From the IMG/VR virus record IMGVR_UViG_3300020045_012480, positions 1 to 31,422 of that record: a DNA stretch of 31,422 nucleotides; one strand, written 5' to 3'. A program made the position numbers and the translations under genes. Within the stretch, counting starts at the first letter, position 1. Each line of letters opens with the position of its first letter. Under the pieces are notes generated by a model. It was not told the origin of the DNA, made no database searches, and saw only the letters and a program-made list of their open reading frames with translations. The stretch is from a virus. Taxonomy: Duplodnaviria; Caudoviricetes. Shown piece by piece: positions 18,185 through 26,154 of this stretch.

Positions 18185-18292
18185 CTAAGCAAATGGGTTA
18201 TACCCTAGTGCTATTGTCCAATATTCCTCTGTTGTTACTATTATCCCATTCACCATCATTATTTCTTCTTCTCCGATATTATAAATTTCCAT
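18185..18292 (-). CDS. 35-aa protein (not in ORF track)
   Basis: GGAG RBS; MEIYNIGEEEIMMVNGIIVTTEEYWTIALGYNPFA. Confidence 0.55.
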   Translation of the reverse strand: MEIYNIGEEEIMMVNGIIVTTEEYWTIALGYNPFA

Positions 18293-18392
18293 TTTGTATC
18301 CTCCATTGATTTTTTAATTTGAAGGATGTATAATACTTTTTAGTGTTGATTTTATACATCCTTTTTTTCTAGTGCATATTTGACGATATGCA

Positions 18393-18554
18393 CTATTTAA
18401 TTCCCTTCACAATTCTTGATAATTCATTATCTTTTCTATTTAACATTCTTCCATATTGATTATAAAATTCTGACCTATCCCAGTTATATTTTTTTACAAC
18501 TAATGCTAATAATTTGTTGTACTTATTCCTGCATTTTTTATATAATTCAATCAT
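18393..18554 (-). CDS. 53-aa basic protein (not in ORF track)
   Basis: AAGGAGGTGA RBS; first gene after a consensus promoter; MIELYKKCRNKYNKLL... Confidence 0.7.
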   Translation of the reverse strand: MIELYKKCRNKYNKLLALVVKKYNWDRSEFYNQYGRMLNRKDNELSRIVKGIK

Positions 18555-18595
18555 TTTTTTCACCTCCTTTCAATATTCAATTTTCAATGTTCAGT

Positions 18596-18651
18596 TTGAC
18601 GTCGTCGTCAACTTATGTACTTATTATACTTGACACTACTGTCAATGTCAA
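18596..18651 (-). promoter_or_regulatory. Consensus sigma-A promoter with two TTGAC-N6-GTCAA operators
   Basis: TTGACA(18651-46)-17-TATAAT(18628-23); palindromes at 18630-18645 and 18596-18611. Confidence 0.85.
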
Positions 18652-18712
18652 CACTTTTTTATATTATTTTTCGACAAAAAAATAAACCCTAGACGGGTTA
18701 TTTAAACTTAAC

Positions 18713-18883
18713 TTATGCATTTTTTAAATATTCTTTTGAAAATAAATTTTGAATACCAACTTTCCTATAAAACTTTTTATCTATTGTTTTATTTTTTATT
18801 CTCATTCTTATTGTAGATGTTGCTACTCCAAGAATTTTCGAAACCTCAGGTACTGTCATATCATAAACCATTTCTTTTGCCAT
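18713..18883 (-). CDS. Excisionase-like HTH protein, 56 aa (not in ORF track)
   Basis: GGAGG RBS; MTVPEVSKILGVATSTIRMRIK...YRKVG...LF. Confidence 0.75.
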   Translation of the reverse strand: MAKEMVYDMTVPEVSKILGVATSTIRMRIKNKTIDKKFYRKVGIQNLFSKEYLKNA

Positions 18884-19106
18884 CTTTATTCCTCCCCTTT
18901 TTCAATTTATTCCTTTCCTCCGCTACTGACTCTATATACTTTTTATCAAATATGTATAAAGTTTTATTGCCAAATTCCCTATACATATTTTTATCAAATA
19001 CACCTTTTTTTAATAAAATTGATACATTTTGCTTTGTACATCCAAGTATAAGAGCTGCTTCTCTCATACTTACTACTTTATTTACATTATATATCATTGT
19101 TCTCAC
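18861..19106 (-). CDS. Excisionase-like HTH protein
   Basis: VSMREAALILGCTKQNVSILLKKG...YREFG...YIF. Confidence 0.75.
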   Translation of the reverse strand: MRTMIYNVNKVVSMREAALILGCTKQNVSILLKKGVFDKNMYREFGNKTLYIFDKKYIESVAEERNKLKKGRNKDGKRNGL

Positions 19107-19269
19107 AGTCTTTATTATAGTTTGACATGCTGCAATCTCTACAATTCTGTATACTTTTTGTACAATATTCTTTTACTTCTTCTGATTCTACACATGTCAA
19201 ACATCTTCTTGACACTATGCATTCATCATTTTCTTGTTTTTGTTCTTTATATAATTTACAGTAAACCAT
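19087..19269 (-). CDS. Small Cys-rich protein
   Basis: 9 Cys including CxxC pairs. Confidence 0.55.
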   Translation of the reverse strand: MVYCKLYKEQKQENDECIVSRRCLTCVESEEVKEYCTKSIQNCRDCSMSNYNKDCENNDI

Positions 19270-19296
19270 TTTTTCATCATCCTTTTTTTATTTTAT

Positions 19297-19325
19297 ATGT
19301 TACTCTTGATTGACTTTATTGTCAA
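19297..19325 (-). promoter_or_regulatory. Promoter with TTGAC-N6-GTCAA operator
   Basis: TTGACA-17-TAACAT; palindrome 19310-19325. Confidence 0.7.
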
Positions 19326-19328
19326 CCA

Positions 19329-20432
19329 CTATTTTATAAATTCTACATTGTCATACAAACTATTATAATAATCATCAGAATACTCTCTTTGTTCATAATT
19401 TAACGCTTGTGCTGGTTTATTGATATGTAGATTATTATACATAGTTGCCTTTTTATACGCTTTTTCAGTACCATATTTTTTAACAAAATCATAGAATACT
19501 TTTTCAACCTGATTTGCATTTCCAACAAAATTCACAAATTCATTTAGACATTCATTAACACAATTTAACCCCTTCATTTTCACCAGGTTATTTGTTAATA
19601 TATAGTCTAGGTTGCCATTATATTTGAATCTAAATTGTTTAATTATCTGTTGTATTTCTTCTTTTTCTGTTTCTTCTTCTTGGATCACGTTTTGAATTTT
19701 ATTTTTTTCTGTATATATTATTTTTTTAATATCTTTTGGAATAACATCAATTCCTTTTATCATTTTCTTTTCATCAAGTTTAATACAAAATTCGTAGTGT
19801 GTTATAAATCTATTCTTTTTAATTTTTAATATCTGTAAATCAAAAAATGTTTTTTCGTTTATTTCTTTTATTCCTGGATTTAATATTTTCTGATCTATGT
19901 GACATTTTCTATATGATTTAGATACATCAAAAAACTTTAAAAATTTATCTATTGGCATACTATAATTATTTCTTAAATTTTTATACTTACTACAAATCAT
20001 ATATAATTTTAATGCTGTTTCTGTTTTTAACTTATTTAATTCAATTAAATTTATTATAGTATAGTTATCATGCATATCTAGCATTTTAACTATTTCTCTA
20101 GATAATGAAAATGTTGTATTTTCTTTGTTTATCTTAATTTTATCCATAACTGATATCATCTCTGCTCGTTCTTGTATATCATCATAACTAATAGTAATAT
20201 AATTTTTCATATTATTTATTCTTATAAAATATTCATCAAATGTAATATGTTTTCCCGAAATTAGTTTTTTTACATCACTATTATCTAATGTTATCTCGTT
20301 ATCTTTTATATCTAACTGCCTACTTCTATATGTATATATTGCGGCTATATTCCAAAATAATTTAGATTCAAATGCTTTAAAATTATTAACTGCGTCTGGT
20401 AACTTATTTGTAACTTGTATTTCTTTATTCAT
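19329..20432 (-). CDS. Plasmid-type replication initiator (Rep_3/RepB-like)
   Basis: YT.INL.EL.KLK...ALKLY..C.KY, SY....IDQKIL.P.IKEINEKT, KIKK.R.IT..EF; iterons directly upstream. Confidence 0.88.
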   Translation of the reverse strand: MNKEIQVTNKLPDAVNNFKAFESKLFWNIAAIYTYRSRQLDIKDNEITLDNSDVKKLISGKHITFDEYFIRINNMKNYITISYDDIQERAEMISVMDKIKINKENTTFSLSREIVKMLDMHDNYTIINLIELNKLKTETALKLYMICSKYKNLRNNYSMPIDKFLKFFDVSKSYRKCHIDQKILNPGIKEINEKTFFDLQILKIKKNRFITHYEFCIKLDEKKMIKGIDVIPKDIKKIIYTEKNKIQNVIQEEETEKEEIQQIIKQFRFKYNGNLDYILTNNLVKMKGLNCVNECLNEFVNFVGNANQVEKVFYDFVKKYGTEKAYKKATMYNNLHINKPAQALNYEQREYSDDYYNSLYDNVEFIK

Positions 20433-20463
20433 TTAAACCACTCCTTATCAATATAATATATAT

Positions 20464-20493
20464 ATTATATATGAACAAAGACACTCATGTCAA
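20464..20493 (-). promoter_or_regulatory. rep promoter overlapping an inverted partial iteron
   Basis: TTGACA-18-TATAAT; spacer contains GTGTCTT, inverted relative to the iterons. Confidence 0.65.
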
Positions 20494-20497
20494 TATT

Positions 20498-20584
20498 TTT
20501 TTGGTGTCTTATGTCTCCCTTTTTGGTGTCTTATGTCTCCCTTTTTGGTGTCTTATGTCTCCCTTTTTGGTGTCTTATGTCTCC
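20498..20584. repeat. Iteron array, 4 x 22 bp (TTTTTGGTGTCTTATGTCTCCC)
   Basis: Three perfect units and one 21/22 unit, no spacers. Confidence 0.95.
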
Positions 20585-20618
20585 TGTATCAATTTCTATC
20601 ACTATTGTTGCAGGTTCG

Positions 20619-20656
20619 TAAAAAGTAATTAAAAAGTACTTAAAAAGTAATTAAAA
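20619..20656. repeat. AT-rich 11-bp repeats (TAAAAAGTAMT x3), putative unwinding element
   Basis: Tandem units 34 bp beyond the iterons. Confidence 0.75.
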
Positions 20657-20883
20657 CAACAACACATAGATTTATACTTTTGATGTATTTTTTTACCAAC
20701 ACTAAATTAAGTCAAAAACTGTTGTTGTATTTTTTTATTTTAAATTTTATTTTTTTTAAATTAACAACTTTAAACTTTTATGATTTTTAAAAATACAAAA
20801 AATCTTAATAAAATAAATAAGCTATTCTAATTTATCGAATAACTTATTTAGTCAAAAAAAATAGTTGCAAAACACACTTATCA

Positions 20884-20987
20884 TTTTGAGCTAATATTTT
20901 ACGTCTAAAACGTGATTTAATTTCGATAGTAACTTTATAACAAAAACAAACTAAATATAGTTTTAGATAGCAAATTTTAATCGAGAG
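20884..20987. repeat. ~104-bp dyad element, copy A
   Basis: TCTAAAAC(20904)...GTTTTAGA(20967); core TAGTAACTTTATA at 20927; AAATTTTAATCGAGAG flank. Confidence 0.7.
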
Positions 20988-21258
20988 TAATATTTTTATA
21001 ATCTTCTACATCTGCAATTAACTTTTCTAAATATTTTTCAAATTCTTGTTCAAATTGTTTTCCAGCTGTTGCAAACTTAATCATTGTTCCTTTTTTTGTT
21101 GCTTTATATATTTTTACTACCATAACTCTATAATCACATGCAATTTTCATTTTTATGATTAGCATAACTTTGTTATATTGCAGATTGTTATTTTTAAATA
21201 ATTTATTATCCAAAACTTTATAATTTTGAACAAAACTTAAAACTAAACATTTTTTCAT
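20977..21258 (-). CDS. Hypothetical protein
   Basis: ORF with AGGAG upstream. Confidence 0.45.
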   Translation of the reverse strand: MKKCLVLSFVQNYKVLDNKLFKNNNLQYNKVMLIIKMKIACDYRVMVVKIYKATKKGTMIKFATAGKQFEQEFEKYLEKLIADVEDYKNITLD

Positions 21259-21274
21259 ATTTTTACACATCTCC

Positions 21275-21378
21275 TATCGTTTATTATTTTGCTATTTAAA
21301 CGCATGAAAAAAATTAATAGTATAGATTATACTATTTTATAGTTTTCGTCATTTTAGATATATTCTCGTCGATATTTT
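21275..21378. repeat. ~104-bp dyad element, copy B (degenerate)
   Basis: TTTAAACG(21295)...TTTTAGA(21358); core TAGTATAGATTAT at 21318. Confidence 0.5.
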
Positions 21379-21892
21379 AAGCAAATTTAAAGCAACTATT
21401 ATCATTTATGTTTAATAATATTTCTTCCATCACTTTTATTGATTGATTATGTATATTGTTTACAGTTCTTAAACACCATACATTTTGATTTTTAAACTCT
21501 TTATTATTTTGCAAATTTAATAATATGTCTGAATACTTCATAGTGTGCTTGTATCTGCAGATTATTATATATTTTTGCACTCTATTTAAGCTATCTAAGC
21601 ATATATTTATTGTGTTTAATTCAATTTCTGCTACAAATAATAAACTTTTCAATCTATCTATCTCTAATTTTATCTCTGCTATAGCATTTACATTGTTTAA
21701 ATTTGCGTATAAAGCTGCGTTTTCCGTTGGTCTTGAAATTATTGGCTTGAAATTGCTTGATTTGCTACTACTGACTTGTGTATCATTTAGTGATAGTGCT
21801 TCTTTTAAAATTCTAATTCTTGATTTTAGAAGAGCAACTTTTGTTATTAGACTATTATACTTTTTTAAATTTAGCATATACAATTCCCCCAA
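21377..21892 (-). CDS. ArpU/RinA-like late transcriptional activator
   Basis: LKKY..L, ISRPTEN.A, I..CLDSL...QKYII.CRY and C-terminal sigma4-like HTH. Confidence 0.75.
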   Translation of the reverse strand: MGELYMLNLKKYNSLITKVALLKSRIRILKEALSLNDTQVSSSKSSNFKPIISRPTENAALYANLNNVNAIAEIKLEIDRLKSLLFVAEIELNTINICLDSLNRVQKYIIICRYKHTMKYSDILLNLQNNKEFKNQNVWCLRTVNNIHNQSIKVMEEILLNINDNSCFKFA

Positions 21893-21940
21893 AATTTATT
21901 ATAATAAATTAACTTAATTATTAATTTTGGAGCTAAAACT

Positions 21941-22234
21941 CTAAATTTTTTCATATCGTGTGCGCATTTTGTCAATGTGTACACGATTTTTTAATTCAAT
22001 TTCACTTGGATCTATTTTATTTTTTTTGCAGTATATAAGCTGCAATGTGTATACTGCTTGCATTACATCATTACACTCTTCAAAAAAATTTTCTGTGTCT
22101 TTATTTACACAAGCCTGCTCTACTTCTCTTATTTCTTCCCATACTTTTCTAATCTGTCTAAATATATTTCCATTTTTTATTATTTCGTTTATTTTGTACA
22201 TAGCATATTTCATATTCTTTACAAATCCTTTCAT
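21941..22234 (-). CDS. MazG-like nucleotide pyrophosphohydrolase
   Basis: Q..KV.EE..EV...FFEE..DV.QA acidic motif. Confidence 0.65.
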   Translation of the reverse strand: MKGFVKNMKYAMYKINEIIKNGNIFRQIRKVWEEIREVEQACVNKDTENFFEECNDVMQAVYTLQLIYCKKNKIDPSEIELKNRVHIDKMRTRYEKI

Positions 22235-22299
22235 GCTTAAATTTTATAAAAATAAGTTTTTAATAATTATAACTTTTTTATCTAAAAAATAATATAACT

Positions 22300-22397
22300 T
22301 TGTTGTTGTTGTTTAATTATTAGTTAAATATCTTTTTATAAATCATTTATTAGTAGTTGCGGATTTCCCGAATCCGGTTTTCCCGTTTTCGGTTTTA
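22300..22397 (-). pseudogene. Relic of a phage replication-initiator origin segment
   Basis: Reads KPKTGKPDSGNPQLLINDL* then a LTNN/ACA-repeat tail; CGGWTTTCCC repeats; no start or RBS. Confidence 0.55.
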
Positions 22398-22429
22398 TGT
22401 TAATTTTTAGGTTAAAAATAATATATACT

Positions 22430-22533
22430 CTCTCGATTAAAATTTAGTGCCTCAAAGCACATAAAATTTTTATGGTAACTTTATGTGCTTTTATATGTTT
22501 TTGTTGTTTAAAGTATAATCTCGTTAATATAAA
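22430..22533. repeat. ~104-bp dyad element, copy C
   Basis: CTCTCGATTAAAATTT flank; core TGGTAACTTTATG at 22473. Confidence 0.7.
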
Positions 22534-22541
22534 GATAAATA

Positions 22542-23390
22542 TTATATTAATTCTTCAAATTCTAATTTAATTTGATTTTCAATTGTTTTATTTTTTGTTA
22601 TGCCACCATTTAGCCACCACGTCATTACTTCTTCACCATTTTCCCATAATGTTTCTTTGTTTTTCCTTTTTCTCTCTATTAGCATTCTTTCAAATGCTTT
22701 TATATAATTTTTACGATAGATCGGATGACTATCTATCTCTTTTTTTTGATTTGAAGATAAAGGGCAGCCTATGCATCCTAATCTTTTACAACCTTTGTCA
22801 TATAAACTACAATAATCAAGCTTATATGATTTTATAAAGTCCCATACTTCTTTATCTGTCCAGTCAATTATTGGATTTAATACAAACTTTCCTTTCTTTA
22901 CACAGTTTTCTAACATCATCCTACCTTCGTCGTTGTCGTTAACTCCTATGTAATATTTTTTATTTTTATGATTGTTTTCAATGGCTGATCTGTTTTTTCG
23001 TTTTGAAGATTCAGACCATCTCACTCCAGTTATTACAAATCTGCCTTCTCCTCCTTTTTCTTTCAATTCACTGCAACAATATCTCACTAGCCTAGTCGGC
23101 GGCATTAATTTTCTTTCTATGAGTCTCCACATACTAGTTTCATGCATATGATAATTGATACCGTTCACTTTATTTTTCATAAAATACATTAACTCTGGTT
23201 CGTCCAATCCAGTTATATTGTGATGTGCTTCAAACTTTACACCAGCCATTTTAGCAAGTGCAAGGATTACAACGCTGTCTTTTCCACCTGAAAACGCTAA
23301 ATAATATCCTTCTGTAGGTTCAAATGTTTTTAATCTTGTTATAGCAGTATGTATTTTATTTTCAGTTGCTAGCATACTAAGCTGATCCAT
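22542..23390 (-). CDS. Phosphoadenosine phosphosulfate reductase family protein
   Basis: AFSGGKDS PP-loop, RYCC..LK, GVRWSES..R, NPIIDW, RLGCIGCP. Confidence 0.9.
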   Translation of the reverse strand: MDQLSMLATENKIHTAITRLKTFEPTEGYYLAFSGGKDSVVILALAKMAGVKFEAHHNITGLDEPELMYFMKNKVNGINYHMHETSMWRLIERKLMPPTRLVRYCCSELKEKGGEGRFVITGVRWSESSKRKNRSAIENNHKNKKYYIGVNDNDEGRMMLENCVKKGKFVLNPIIDWTDKEVWDFIKSYKLDYCSLYDKGCKRLGCIGCPLSSNQKKEIDSHPIYRKNYIKAFERMLIERKRKNKETLWENGEEVMTWWLNGGITKNKTIENQIKLEFEELI

Positions 23391-23409
23391 CTTTACACCC
23401 CCATTTTTT

Positions 23410-23595
23410 TTATCTAAACAATATTAAAATCACTATTAATAACAAAAACATACTTATCGCAAAAACTGCAACTATAAAATTAAAATCAATATGTTTTATT
23501 TGATTTTTCTTGCATATTTTGCAATATCCATTTTCTTCGAAATAATTTAGCTGCTCTTGTAAACATGTACATTTTTCACATTCCATTTTCAACAT
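23410..23595 (-). CDS. Small Cys-containing membrane-anchored protein
   Basis: CxxC pairs plus C-terminal hydrophobic helix. Confidence 0.55.
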   Translation of the reverse strand: MLKMECEKCTCLQEQLNYFEENGYCKICKKNQIKHIDFNFIVAVFAISMFLLLIVILILFR

Positions 23596-23598
23596 CCT

Positions 23599-23702
23599 CT
23601 CTCGATTAAAATTTGCTCTCTAAAACGATTAAAACTTTTCGTAGTATGTTTATGTTATTTTTTATGTTTCAATCGTTTTAGATATGTTTTATTGATTATT
23701 TA
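23599..23702. repeat. ~104-bp dyad element, copy D
   Basis: CTCTCGATTAAAATTT flank; TCTAAAACGATT(23619)...AATCGTTTTAGA(23682); core TAGTATGTTTATG at 23642. Confidence 0.7.
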
Positions 23703-23728
23703 GACTATTATTTTATAAACTTAACTTT

Positions 23729-24061
23729 TTATATACAAAAATTATTTTTAAATTTACTAGCTATTATATTTTTATCTACTTTTTCGCTTTCTTCTGCATG
23801 TTTATATATACTCTTGTTATATTTGATTATTTCTTCTCTTCCAAAAATTTTAGATATGCCATCTGTGTAATATCTATTTCCAAATTTATCTGTATAATCA
23901 GATTTATACTCGTTACCTTTTGTACAGCAATCACAATGCATAGCATAACTATAAGTCATTATATAATTACTTTTATCATCAGCTACATCTTGCTTATTTA
24001 TAGCATGTCCTTTATCTAAACAAACCCAGCACTTAATCATTTTTCTTCCTCCAATCAGCAC
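23729..24061 (-). CDS. Zinc-binding hypothetical protein
   Basis: CWVCLDKG...HCDC..G; likely start MIKC. Confidence 0.65.
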   Translation of the reverse strand: MLIGGRKMIKCWVCLDKGHAINKQDVADDKSNYIMTYSYAMHCDCCTKGNEYKSDYTDKFGNRYYTDGISKIFGREEIIKYNKSIYKHAEESEKVDKNIIASKFKNNFCI

Positions 24062-24671
24062 TATCTAGCAAGAATTTAACGCTACACATGCTTTCTATTC
24101 TGCTAGCTAATCTTTCGTCAAGATGTTTGTATAATCCTTTAATACTACAATTGCTTGTGAATATAGTTGCTTTTTTATTAATATACCTATAATTTATTAT
24201 TTTATATATTCTGTCATATGACCATTCGGTTATTTTTTCAGTCCCAATATCGTCTAGTATTAGTAAATTAGCATTACATAGCTTACTAATATATACATCT
24301 TCTTGATTTCCATTTGGATTGTAGCACTTTTTAATATTATCAAGAAAATCAATAGTCGTCGTTATTTCTCCAGTAAATCCATTTTTTAATATTTCTTTTA
24401 GAACTAGACAAGCCAGTAAAGTCTTTCCTGTTCCTACTTTGCCAGATAGCAATATGCTAGAATTTTTACAATTCAAAAAATTTAATGCATATTTTTTTAA
24501 TCTATCAATGACAATTTTATTATTTTCTGTTACAATCAAGTCATCAAAGTGAATGTTTTTAAATCTTTCTGGAATCTTGTTATTATCAAGGTTCCTTTTA
24601 TTTTCTTCTTTCAATCTAGTTCCTGACTGCATATTAAATATTCTATCGCCAATTTTAATCGTCGTAATCAT
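24033..24671 (-). CDS. DnaC/IstB-like helicase loader ATPase
   Basis: IPERF, GKVGTGKT, LLILDDIG.E, IINYRY, TIFTSN, RLASRI. Confidence 0.92.
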   Translation of the reverse strand: MITTIKIGDRIFNMQSGTRLKEENKRNLDNNKIPERFKNIHFDDLIVTENNKIVIDRLKKYALNFLNCKNSSILLSGKVGTGKTLLACLVLKEILKNGFTGEITTTIDFLDNIKKCYNPNGNQEDVYISKLCNANLLILDDIGTEKITEWSYDRIYKIINYRYINKKATIFTSNCSIKGLYKHLDERLASRIESMCSVKFLLDSADWRKKND

Positions 24672-25593
24672 CTAAAAAACACCTCTCGTCATTTTTAGTA
24701 TATGTATTTTCAAAATCTTTATCTGTATATTCTCTTTGTTGATAATTAGTTACTAAAGTATTGGTGCTAACATTTTTATTTTTATAATTACCTTCCAAAA
24801 TTTTAACTCGGTTTGAAGGTGATATAATCCAATCAAATCCACAACTAGACCATTTTCCACTTCTGCCAGATAAAAAATCACTTTCTTGAACTTCGTTAAA
24901 AAAATCAACTAAATTAATATTTTTATCTTTGTTAAACCAAGTGGTTATCGTCTTTTTACGTGTATCAGTTATGCTTTTTATTTTTGGTAAGTCAGTACAA
25001 GTATTATTAAAAAGCTCTTTTATTTGCTCAAAATCTATCTTAATTTTTGCCTTGGAATCAGTCTGTAAGGCGTCAGACTTACAAGTATCTTTTTTATCTA
25101 AATCTATCTCTAAATCTATCTCTAAATCTATCTCTAACTCTGGTGGATTTTTGTCCGGACATTTGTCCAAAATTTGCGGGACATTTGTCCGGACATTTGT
25201 CCCAATTGATATTTTTTCATTTTCTATTTTTGAACGATAAACTCTCTTTCTGTCTGCCTCGGAGCTACTTTCTCCTATGAAATTTTGTATATCTAACATG
25301 AAAATTGCACCATTATCTAAAATTTCTATTAGCTCGAATTCTTTAAAAAGTCTTAACGCTTTTTCTACTGTGCCGACTTGATGTCTTACTACTTTTGCCA
25401 AAATTTCGGAGTTATAAGGTATTCTATCTCTAAACATTAGTTTGCCATTATTTTTTAAACTTTTTAAATATAATTTCATCAAAATATCAGAATATAAATA
25501 ACCATCTTGCATACCTTGAAGTATTATCATTTCTTCTGATTCAAAGAAATTTTCCTTTATTTTTAAATAATAATATGTTTTATTGTCACTCAT
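24655..25593 (-). CDS. Phage replisome organizer (replication initiator)
   Basis: YYYLKIKENFF, YSDIL.KLYLKSLK..GKL, IGESSSEADRKR.YR; FDWII...N..KILEGNY. Confidence 0.92.
   Translation of the reverse strand: MSDNKTYYYLKIKENFFESEEMIILQGMQDGYLYSDILMKLYLKSLKNNGKLMFRDRIPYNSEILAKVVRHQVGTVEKALRLFKEFELIEILDNGAIFMLDIQNFIGESSSEADRKRVYRSKIENEKISIGTNVRTNVPQILDKCPDKNPPELEIDLEIDLEIDLDKKDTCKSDALQTDSKAKIKIDFEQIKELFNNTCTDLPKIKSITDTRKKTITTWFNKDKNINLVDFFNEVQESDFLSGRSGKWSSCGFDWIISPSNRVKILEGNYKNKNVSTNTLVTNYQQREYTDKDFENTYTKNDERCFLDDYDD
25097..25203. repeat. Intragenic phage origin repeats
   Basis: TCTAAATCTATC x3 (25097-25132) and TTTGTCCGGACA-type units (25150-25203). Confidence 0.75.
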
Positions 25594-25631
25594 TTTAAAA
25601 ACCTCCGATATTTATTTTTAATTTGATAAAT

Positions 25632-25799
25632 CTAATTTTTTAAATCTTCTGCTAATTTTTTTATAGCGTGTTCCAGTATAGAAACTATAGTTGTGTTATT
25701 TTCCTTTGCTATTTCTCTTAATTTTTCGTGTAAATCTGTATACATCCTAAATGTATACTGTTTTTTAACTCTTTTTTCATCTAAAATTATTTTTTTCAT
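25632..25799 (-). CDS. Ribbon-helix-helix protein, 55 aa (not in ORF track)
   Basis: GGAGG RBS; KKQYTFRMYTDLHEKLREIAKENNTTIVSILEHAI. Confidence 0.8.
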   Translation of the reverse strand: MKKIILDEKRVKKQYTFRMYTDLHEKLREIAKENNTTIVSILEHAIKKLAEDLKN

Positions 25800-25830
25800 A
25801 TTGTCATCCTCCGAAATTTTATTTGTACTA

Positions 25831-25886
25831 TAACAATTATAAACTTTATATACTGTATTGTCAACATATAAAGTTTATAATTGTTA
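25831..25886. promoter_or_regulatory. Leftward consensus promoter within a perfect 21-bp inverted repeat
   Basis: Arms 25831-51 and 25866-86, 14-bp spacer; minus TTGACA(25864-59)-17-TATAAT(25841-36). Confidence 0.85.
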
Positions 25887-26096
25887 ATACATCTTCCCTA
25901 TTCAAATTTTATGTCTATATTTTTTTAAAAATTGAGTGTAAAAAATATACAATTTACAATAAAATAAAATGTCATACATGGTTTTTTGATTATCTTGCTT
26001 GCAAGAGCTATTTCAAGCTTTGCGGGTTTTGTAAAAACCTTTAAGCAAGAAAATTTTAATTGTTTACTAGCAAGAAAATAATGCAGTACAATTGTA

Positions 26097-26125
26097 TTGT
26101 AAAAAGTTATACAATATGATATAAT
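26097..26125 (+). promoter_or_regulatory. Rightward sigma-A promoter
   Basis: TTGTAA-17-TATAAT with extended TG. Confidence 0.7.
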
Positions 26126-26154
26126 AAATATAAATTCGGAGGTGAGCAAAAAGC

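Noticed and set aside
20498-20584. CRISPR array
   Set aside because: Repeats are contiguous with no spacers and sit upstream of a Rep gene: iterons
622-25280. Plus-strand ORFs of 60-130 aa in the track
   Set aside because: Antisense shadows of well-supported minus-strand genes, without RBS or motifs
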